Shown in pieces: positions 57,247-64,000 of a stretch of DNA of 64,000 bases. Positions within the stretch are counted from its first letter, which is position 1, and every line of letters begins with the position of its first letter. The translations under genes were made by a program, and so were the position numbers. The notes beneath the pieces are model-generated. The model saw only the letters and a list, made by a program, of their open reading frames with translations. It did not search any database and was not told the origin of the DNA. This stretch comes from an uncultured delta proteobacterium (GTDB lineage: Bacteria; Myxococcota_A; Polyangia; Polyangiales; Houyiibacteriaceae). Location of the stretch: contig CAVOVB010000004.1 in the NCBI GenBank assembly GCA_963699755.1, positions 96,001 through 160,000 of the forward strand, read 5' to 3'.

Positions 57247-59070
57247 ATGTCAGCGCAGAACCTTAGCTTTCCCGTACCCTTTTTGTTCACCATTGCCCTC
57301 GCGACAGGCGGATGCGGCAACGACTCGACGACCGCTGGCGCCCCAGCGCTGGCATGCGCCGAGGCCGCATCGACTTCCGTTCGTGACTGCTTACAAAGCG
57401 TCAGCGTCGCGTGGGAGGACTGCTACAGCGATAGCGATGGCCCTTGTGCTGCGGACGACGCCAAGGTCGCGGCGGCTTTGTCGGCGCTCGAAGCGAGCGT
57501 GAGGGCGAGCTGCGTGGATGATGAGTTCGGGGCTCTTTCGGTGGACGCTCTGGTGGGCCGACTGCGGAACTCGTGCAGCTCGGAGGCCAACTCGCTTGCG
57601 TGGCGGACGTTCGGCGGGCCGCAGGGCGCTACCTGGTCGGATGCCAGCGAGGACGCTCGAGCTTGCTTGCAGAGCGCTCACGCTGCGGCATCCGCGATGG
57701 TCAACGGTTCGCTCTCGGTGATCGGGGACTGCCTCACCGGCGATTCCTGCGACGCGGCCGCCGTTGAAGCCGACCGCCAGGCCTTGATCGACACTGCTGT
57801 GAGCGCAATCGAAGCGGCGTGCACCTCGCCCTCCCTGTCACCACTGATCGGGCTCACCCCCGAAACCTACGTCGATCGCGCATCGCACCAGATCGACTGC
57901 ATCACAGCGACCTCGTATGCAGCGACGAGCCCTCTAGCACTTTCCTGCGGCCCCTCGAACGCGGACTTCGATCCGCCGCGCGGCCAGTACGTGCAGGTGG
58001 TCGTGGATGGCGACAAGTGGGGCACGCTCTGCGGGGACGGGACTGACTATGCGTTCCAAGTCCGTCTGGCCCCGGAGGGCGAGCGCATCGATCGGATCGT
58101 CATCGGACTCGAAGGGGGTGGTGTGTGCCTGTTCGAGGATGACTGCACATCGCGCCTCGCGAGCAATCCGCAGCTCTTCAATGCGCTCGACAACGACCCC
58201 CCAGAGAACGCCGCGGGGATCGCCTCCGATGATCCTGCGGTCAGCCCGTTTGCCAATTGGACCAAGGTCTTCCTCCCGTACTGCAACCAAGACGTCTTCG
58301 CGGGTGGTGGAGTGGTCGAAGCCCTGGGAGCGCTCGACCTCCCTCGCTACGGCTCGGTCAACATGAGGGCCGCGGTTCAGATGGTTCGTGACGTCATCTG
58401 GAAGATCATGGACGCCGAAGGAGGTGATGGCTTCCGCCCCGATGAAGTGATCACGCTGTTCGGCGGCTGGTCCGCGGGCGGATACGGCGCACTCTACAAT
58501 TACCACTGGTTCCTGGACGACTTACAGTGGCCGCGGACGGCGGCGTTTCCCGACGCAGGTGGAGCGCTCGACAACGGAGAGCTTTTCGGGGTTCGCAGCC
58601 TCGGCCAGCTGAAGATCCCCGCCTGGGGCATGCTGGCCAACTTGCCACCTTATTGCTTCGTGGGGGACTGCGCCGTAGGACCCGTGCTCTACGAGGCCAT
58701 CTCCCCGCGTCTCAAGCAGGTGCCTGAGCAACAGATGCTGATCCTCAGTAACCCCAAAGACAACACGCAGCAGGGAGACGCATTCTTCGAGGACGAGGCG
58801 GTCTGGATCAACACGATGCGCCAGTCGTACTGCGACACGAAGGACCTGAAGGGCATCAACTATTACTACACCAGCGTGTCCGACCAGAGCATTCACGTCG
58901 TCTCCATTCGCGAGGCGCTCTGGGAAGGTTCGGTCGATGGAGAAGTCATGCGTGATTGGTTCTGGCGAGCCGTCACCGAGCCCGACACCATCCAGAGCCG
59001 GGTCGAGGAAGCCGACTTCGTGACGGCGATTCCGGGCGTGAGTCCATACCCCTGCACGGTCGCGCCATAG
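57247..59070 (+). CDS. Pectin-acetylesterase/Notum-family alpha/beta hydrolase lipoprotein with Cys-rich N-terminal domain
   Basis: Lipobox-like TGGC; CGDGT, LEGGGVC, PFANWTKVFLPYC, GWSAGGYG nucleophile elbow. Confidence 0.78.
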   Translation: MSAQNLSFPVPFLFTIALATGGCGNDSTTAGAPALACAEAASTSVRDCLQSVSVAWEDCYSDSDGPCAADDAKVAAALSALEASVRASCVDDEFGALSVDALVGRLRNSCSSEANSLAWRTFGGPQGATWSDASEDARACLQSAHAAASAMVNGSLSVIGDCLTGDSCDAAAVEADRQALIDTAVSAIEAACTSPSLSPLIGLTPETYVDRASHQIDCITATSYAATSPLALSCGPSNADFDPPRGQYVQVVVDGDKWGTLCGDGTDYAFQVRLAPEGERIDRIVIGLEGGGVCLFEDDCTSRLASNPQLFNALDNDPPENAAGIASDDPAVSPFANWTKVFLPYCNQDVFAGGGVVEALGALDLPRYGSVNMRAAVQMVRDVIWKIMDAEGGDGFRPDEVITLFGGWSAGGYGALYNYHWFLDDLQWPRTAAFPDAGGALDNGELFGVRSLGQLKIPAWGMLANLPPYCFVGDCAVGPVLYEAISPRLKQVPEQQMLILSNPKDNTQQGDAFFEDEAVWINTMRQSYCDTKDLKGINYYYTSVSDQSIHVVSIREALWEGSVDGEVMRDWFWRAVTEPDTIQSRVEEADFVTAIPGVSPYPCTVAP

Positions 59071-59136
59071 CGCCAGGCGGGGTGAGGGGCGGGGCTCGCT
59101 TGACCGCTCCGGGCGATCCCTTCCAAGCTGACCTCC

Positions 59137-60456
59137 GTGATCAGCGCCAGCCTCCCCGAAGTCCATCCAGCGCGTGCCGAGCTCTATGAGGAGCTTCACA
59201 GCCGTCCCTCGCCGCTGGTCGAGACGCCGTGCAGCATCAGTCACGTCGCCGTTCAGGTCCGGCCAGACGAACGTGAAGCTGAGAACGCGTACCTGGCGGA
59301 GCTCTGTCTGCGATTCGGGGCGAGCCCGCCTCCTGAGCCCGCGTCCTGTTTCTACCAAACCTTCGATGGTTTCGAGCTTCGCTGGGAAAAGCATACGGAG
59401 TTCTCGACTTTCACATTCATCCGCCATGTGATGGATGACCCATTGCGGCAGCCGGCTGCTGCGCTCGAGCAGATCCCAGGCGACTGGTTCGGGAAGATGC
59501 CCGGGCGGGTGACGACGGCGCTGCATCTCGCGTTCAGCTCTGCCGAAGGAGAGCTCGATGCGGCGCATCTCGATCAGTACTTCGAGAATTGGTCGCTCCG
59601 CGGCGGCGTCGTTCGACAGGGGACCGCCCGTCTCTATAGCAGCTTCCGCCTTCACTCCGACGACTTCGGACGCATCGTGCTTCACGCCCGCAATTTGACG
59701 TCGCTTCAGGCTGGGCGCCTCGTGCAGCGGGTCCTCGAAGTCGAAACCTATCGTTTGATGGCGCTTCTGGGGCTACCGGTCGCGCGGAGGATCAGCTCTG
59801 AAGTCACTGCTATGGAGGGGGAGCTTGCACGGATCAATCAGGAGCTCGCCCAGGAACAAGACGAGCCGGGGCAGCAAGCCTTGCTCGGCCGCCTCTCGAA
59901 CCTAGCGGCCCGGGTCGAGCGTCATCGCTCGGACACCACCTATCGCTTTGCCGCGACCAATGCCTACTACGACCTGGTTCACGAGCGCATCCGAGAGTTG
60001 GGCGAGGAGAAGATCCCCGGCCTCCAATCGGTGAAGGTCTTCATCGAGCGGCGCTTGGCGCCTGGGATTCGCACCTGCAATGCGGTCCGCGACCGTCTGG
60101 AAGGCCTTTCTGCCCGGATCGGACACGCCAGCGACCTGCTACGAACCCGGGTCGAGCTCGCGATCCAGGGGCAAAACCGGGAGCTCCTCAGCTCGATGAA
60201 CCGTCGAAGCGAAGTGCAGCTTAGGCTCCAACAGGCGGTCGAGGGGATCTCGGTTGTCGCGATCACCTACTATCTGATGGGCCTGCTCGGTTACATCTAC
60301 GAGGGCCTCGCCTATGCAGGTCTTCCATTGAACAAGAAGATCGGTTTTGCGATTGCCGTGCCCGTCGTGATGGTGCTGGTTTGGCGGGTCATCCACGGCG
60401 TCAAACGCCGAGTGCATCGGGATGACGGAAGAGCAGGATCAGCAAGCGGGGCCTAG
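59137..60456 (+). CDS. DUF3422 family membrane-anchored protein
   Basis: ELHSRP, LRWEKHTEFSTFTF, GRLVQRVLEVETYRLMALLG, RFAATNAY, LLRTRV, QQAVEGISVVAITYY. Confidence 0.9.
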   Translation: MISASLPEVHPARAELYEELHSRPSPLVETPCSISHVAVQVRPDEREAENAYLAELCLRFGASPPPEPASCFYQTFDGFELRWEKHTEFSTFTFIRHVMDDPLRQPAAALEQIPGDWFGKMPGRVTTALHLAFSSAEGELDAAHLDQYFENWSLRGGVVRQGTARLYSSFRLHSDDFGRIVLHARNLTSLQAGRLVQRVLEVETYRLMALLGLPVARRISSEVTAMEGELARINQELAQEQDEPGQQALLGRLSNLAARVERHRSDTTYRFAATNAYYDLVHERIRELGEEKIPGLQSVKVFIERRLAPGIRTCNAVRDRLEGLSARIGHASDLLRTRVELAIQGQNRELLSSMNRRSEVQLRLQQAVEGISVVAITYYLMGLLGYIYEGLAYAGLPLNKKIGFAIAVPVVMVLVWRVIHGVKRRVHRDDGRAGSASGA

Positions 60457-60815
60457 GCGAAGTCGCGCTCCGAGCGCTCCTGGTCTTCTTTGCAGCGGAT
60501 GCAGAGCTCGGTTTCGGGGCGCGCTTCGAGGCGCTTGATGCCGATCGGCTCTTCGCAGTCCTCGCAGACGCCAAAGGTTCCGTCGTCGAGCTTCTTGAGG
60601 GCCTTCTCGATCTTCTGAAGGAATACGCGCTCCCGGCCGCGGAGGCGGAAGGTGAAGGACTGCATGTACTCGCTCGATGCCAGGTCCATCTCGTCGGGCA
60701 GCTCGGCGGCATCGAGGGTCATGTCCTGGTCCATCGTCTGGCGCGCACGGCGGATGACCGCATCCCGCTTCGCTTCCAGGTGCGAACGAAATCGATTGAG
60801 CTCGGTCTTCTTCAT
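60453..60815 (-). CDS. dksA: DksA (RNA polymerase secondary-channel factor)
   Basis: DEMDLA (DxxDxA) coiled-coil tip; CEDC...RLEARP..LCIRC C4 zinc finger. Confidence 0.9.
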   Translation of the reverse strand: MKKTELNRFRSHLEAKRDAVIRRARQTMDQDMTLDAAELPDEMDLASSEYMQSFTFRLRGRERVFLQKIEKALKKLDDGTFGVCEDCEEPIGIKRLEARPETELCIRCKEDQERSERDFA

Positions 60816-60843
60816 ATTGCTGACCCCCCTTCGAGGGAGCGCG

Positions 60844-60871
60844 ATAATAATGACCGCCGTCCCCGAGTCAA
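60844..60871 (-). promoter_or_regulatory. Putative sigma-70 promoter of dksA
   Basis: Minus strand TTGACT, 16-nt spacer, TATTAT. Confidence 0.6.
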
Positions 60872-60911
60872 GAAGACAACGGCCAGGAAATCGGAATCAC
60901 GCGTGAAATCG

Positions 60912-62159
60912 CTAGGCCATTCCGTCAAAGGGCGAGTGCTTTGCCCGCAGTCCGGGGCCCCAGAGGATGGCCTCGACGCATTCGCCTGCGACCAGCTCAG
61001 CCCTGTCGGCGGGGAGGATTACCAGAGCATTGACTCCGACGAAGGATGGCAGGGAGCCCGAGCCCTGATGCTCGTGGAGCGCGACGACGATCTCGTCTCC
61101 CTCGCGCGTGGCGATCGCGCGCGCGATTTCGACTCGGCCGGGGCGGCGATGATACGGATCGCGCAGGCGAGCCACGACCGGCTGAGGGTGGGGCTCTGGG
61201 TCTCCGAGCATCTTGCGGAGACAAGGGGCGATCAGCACCTCGAAGGTGACCATCGCGCTTATCGGATTACCGGGAACGCCGATGACCGGCTTGCCCTGGT
61301 ACAGGGCAAAGGTCAGCGGTTTGCCAGGTTTGATGCGGACCTTCCAAAACCCCGGCTCGATGCCCAGGTTCGCAAACGCTTCATGGACGAAATCGTATGC
61401 ACCCACCGACACGCCGCCCATGGTGATCACGACATCGGCCTCGAGCGCGCTTCGAAGCGCGGCTTCGATCTCTCGGAGGCTGTCGGACGCGGCCGGAAGG
61501 GGGACCGGAATCACGCCCAAGGCGCGCAGCATTTCGGTGAGGACGTAGACATTGGAGTTGACGATCGCGCCGGGCTCGAGCTCTTCGCCGAGCGCGCGCA
61601 GCTCGTCACCCGTGGAGAGCAGCGCGACCTCAGGTCGTCGATAGACCTGAACTCGGTCGATGTTCTGACTCGCAAGGAGACCGATTTCACCTGGCCAGAG
61701 GCGGTCCCCCGGACGCAGAATAACCGCGCCGGATGAAACGTCGCTTCCCCGCGCACGCACGTGGTTGGCTTTGGGTGACGCCTCTCGAATCAGAACGCGG
61801 TCACCCTCGCGCTCGCTATCTTCTTGCACGACGACCGCGTCGGCACCCACCGGCATCGGCGCCCCGGTGAAAATACGGCACGCCACGCCCGGTTCGAGCG
61901 GCGGCGGAAGCGGGCCTCCGGCGCGGGATTCGCCGCGAACCTCGAGCTCCACGGCCTTTGCCGCGCTGGCCAACTCGACATCGGTCGCGCGTACCGCGTA
62001 CCCGTCCATCGCGCTATTGTCGAAGGAGGGCGAGTCGAATCGCGCCCTCACCTCGTGCGAAAGATAGCGTCCAGACGCTTTGGTCAAATGCACCTCCTCC
62101 TCTCCCAGAGGAGAAAACGCGGGCAACATCGAAGCAAGGGCCTCAGCGATCGATCGCAT
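60912..62159 (-). CDS. moeA: Molybdopterin molybdotransferase MoeA
   Basis: FDNSAMDGYA, RIFTGAPMP, STGDEL, GGVSVG, IKPGKP, GVPGNP, HQGSG. Confidence 0.96.
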   Translation of the reverse strand: MRSIAEALASMLPAFSPLGEEEVHLTKASGRYLSHEVRARFDSPSFDNSAMDGYAVRATDVELASAAKAVELEVRGESRAGGPLPPPLEPGVACRIFTGAPMPVGADAVVVQEDSEREGDRVLIREASPKANHVRARGSDVSSGAVILRPGDRLWPGEIGLLASQNIDRVQVYRRPEVALLSTGDELRALGEELEPGAIVNSNVYVLTEMLRALGVIPVPLPAASDSLREIEAALRSALEADVVITMGGVSVGAYDFVHEAFANLGIEPGFWKVRIKPGKPLTFALYQGKPVIGVPGNPISAMVTFEVLIAPCLRKMLGDPEPHPQPVVARLRDPYHRRPGRVEIARAIATREGDEIVVALHEHQGSGSLPSFVGVNALVILPADRAELVAGECVEAILWGPGLRAKHSPFDGMA

Positions 62160-62196
62160 GCGAGCGTGAGCCTAGCATGCCTCGGCAACAAATCGG

Positions 62197-63084
62197 CTAG
62201 CTCGGGCGAACACAGTTGCGGCCGGCGCGCTTGGCTTCGTAAAGCTGCATGTCGGCTGCGCGAACGAAGTCGTATGCACGCCAGTGCGGCTGAAGCTGAG
62301 CTACCCCGCAGGAAATCGTGACGCCGATGTATTCGTCCTCGAAGATGAGGGATTCGCCGTCGATGATCTTCCGAAGCTCATCGGCAATGCGGATACCCCC
62401 TCCGAGATCGGTCTCGGGCAATACGATCGCGAGCTCCTCACCGCCGTACCTCGCGATCACGTCGTCAGGACGAATCCGACTCTTCGCAAGCTGCGCGATT
62501 TCCTTCAAGACGTAGTCCCCCGCCAGGTGACCGAACTCGTCGTTGACCAGCTTGAAGTGATCGATGTCGCAAATCACGATAGTCAGAGGGCGTCCGTGAC
62601 GTATTGCGCGCGACAGCTCCCGGTCGAGCTGCTCGACGAGGTAGCGCTTGTTGTGGATGCCGGTGAGGCCATCCATGATGGTCATGCGGTAGATTGTCTC
62701 GTGGTATTGCGACTCGAGGTCGGCGCCACTCAGAAACTTCAGAATCGTATCGCCGATCTTGATCTGATCCCCGCGGCGAAGTTGGCACCGCTGCACGAGC
62801 TCGTCATTGACGTAAGTGCCGTTGGTCGAATGCATGTCCACGAGGTGGTAGACCCCCGACCGGATCTCGATGCGTGCATGTTGCCGGGAAATGCTATCGC
62901 TGTGCAGGACGACGCTGTTTTCGATACCGCGGCCAATCCTGACCTCGCCATCGACCAAGGAGAATCGCTTTCCGAGTTGCTTGCTGCTCGGCGCGTAGAT
63001 CACGACCAGGCAGTCCTGCCCTGCTCCCGCCGTGATGTGAGGCTGCGAAAAGGGGGCAACCCTCGTCTTGATCTCGCTGTCCAC
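62197..63084 (-). CDS. FHA-domain diguanylate cyclase (GGEEL)
   Basis: FHA IGRG...ISRQHA...STNGT; DGLTGIHN, DIDHFK.VND.FGH.AGD, RPDD I-site, RYGGEEL, YEAKRAGRN; start at GTG 63084 uncertain. Confidence 0.92.
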   Translation of the reverse strand: MDSEIKTRVAPFSQPHITAGAGQDCLVVIYAPSSKQLGKRFSLVDGEVRIGRGIENSVVLHSDSISRQHARIEIRSGVYHLVDMHSTNGTYVNDELVQRCQLRRGDQIKIGDTILKFLSGADLESQYHETIYRMTIMDGLTGIHNKRYLVEQLDRELSRAIRHGRPLTIVICDIDHFKLVNDEFGHLAGDYVLKEIAQLAKSRIRPDDVIARYGGEELAIVLPETDLGGGIRIADELRKIIDGESLIFEDEYIGVTISCGVAQLQPHWRAYDFVRAADMQLYEAKRAGRNCVRPS

Positions 63085-63119
63085 GGTCCACCTAAGGGTA
63101 GATAGGGCACAATGCGGCG

Positions 63120-63677
63120 TCAATGTCGGCGGATGAAGGCCATGTTGCGCTGATTGATCCAAACGTGCGCCAAGACCGGACCCCAGAGCACGCCCGTGAG
63201 CTCGAAAATCGCCCCGAGCAAGAGCCCCATGACGACGGCCCAACCGGCCCAGGCCAAGAAGACCTTCTTCGGCCCTACGTGAAGTGCGCCGAAGACCAGC
63301 GAGGCGGGAAGCAAGCCGAGGGCGGGCTGGAGCGCGCCGCGAAAGAAGAGCTCCTCACCAAGACCGGAGGCGAGGGCTAGCAGGGTGATCTCAGCGGACG
63401 AAAGCGGGCTGATGATCTCTTTGAGCGCGACGTGGAGCGCGTGCGCCCAGTTCGTTCGTTCGACGAGGGGTGGTGTCGCCGCCACGACGAGGAGGGCCAG
63501 CACGAGACCCAACACGAGCGAGAGCGAGAGGCGGAATGGATAAGGCGCGGAGAGCCACGACGAGTCGAGTGACCAAGCGAAACGGCCGCCCCCAAACCAG
63601 GCCCAAGCGAGCCCCAGCAGGGAGAGCGGTACGTAAACGATCAGCGCGAATCGGGTGATCGGTGTAGGCGATGGCAA
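63120..63677 (-). CDS. CPBP/Abi-family intramembrane glutamic/metalloprotease
   Basis: EELFFRG, FGALH and AHVWIN motifs with multiple TMs; start uncertain. Confidence 0.85.
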   Translation of the reverse strand: MPSPTPITRFALIVYVPLSLLGLAWAWFGGGRFAWSLDSSWLSAPYPFRLSLSLVLGLVLALLVVAATPPLVERTNWAHALHVALKEIISPLSSAEITLLALASGLGEELFFRGALQPALGLLPASLVFGALHVGPKKVFLAWAGWAVVMGLLLGAIFELTGVLWGPVLAHVWINQRNMAFIRRH

Positions 63678-63780
63678 GGTCGAGCGGGATGTATCAAAGT
63701 GCCCATCGAGCCGCAATGCAAGCGAGACGCAGATTTGACACGCCAGTGGGGCGCGGAGTACTAGCCAGGACCATAGGCGC

Positions 63781-64000
63781 ATGAGCGGACTGCCCGGCGA
63801 AGATGTCGCGAAGGTTCTCGTGGTCGACGACGAAGAAGTGATCCGGGAGATTCTCGCGGACTTCCTGACCATGGAGGGGTTCTACGTTCGCACCGCGGGG
63901 GATGGAAGCGACGCCCTCGTCGAGCTCTCGCGCGACCGATTCGACCTGGTCCTGAGCGACCTGAAGATGCCGAACATGGGCGGCCTGGAGCTGCTGGGCG
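63781..64000 (+). CDS. Response regulator receiver domain (partial, runs off the window)
   Basis: MSGLPGEDVAKVLVVDDEEVIREILADFL...FDLVLSDLKMPNMGGLELL. Confidence 0.9.
   Translation, partial: MSGLPGEDVAKVLVVDDEEVIREILADFLTMEGFYVRTAGDGSDALVELSRDRFDLVLSDLKMPNMGGLELLG

Noticed and set aside
63120..63677. Abortive-infection defence gene
   Set aside because: The CPBP/Abi name reflects a widespread membrane protease family; there is no defence-island context

Overview
High-GC chromosomal window. Gene content points to a myxobacterium (Myxococcota, probably Polyangia/Sandaracinaceae-like): eukaryotic-type Ser/Thr kinase, FHA-fused cyclases, a zinc-ribbon/GYF/TPR protein and type IVa pili. This assignment is inferred from gene content only. 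About 50 tightly packed genes are mostly core functions: rsmA, pilMNOPQ-aroK/aroB, sppA, deoC, apbE, double-length uvrA, pyrC-carA, pilB, prmC, groES/groEL with a CIRCE operator, rpoZ, accA, cpoB/ybgF with a TsaP-like LysM gene, dksA and moeA. I saw no rRNA, tRNA, CRISPR array, transposase, integrase or prophage. The best candidate for a poorly understood system is a seven-gene envelope MoxR/VWA module. It comprises a DUF4175-like coiled-coil protein, an exported TPR metallopeptidase, MoxR, DUF58 and BatA/VWA, plus a DUF4159 + VWA/GATase-like pair about 13 kb away on the other strand. Other items of note: a 56-aa ORF below the track cutoff, upstream of a sigma-54 activator; an XRE regulator with an AT-rich palindrome cluster heading the pil operon; an orphan, shortened CoA-transferase-B-like gene after carA; a thioredoxin fused to a Cys-less rhodanese; a Notum/pectin-acetylesterase-like lipoprotein with a duplicated Cys-rich domain; and a four-helix-bundle gene and hexamer-periodic tract. 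All family calls come from motif recognition by eye, with no database searches.
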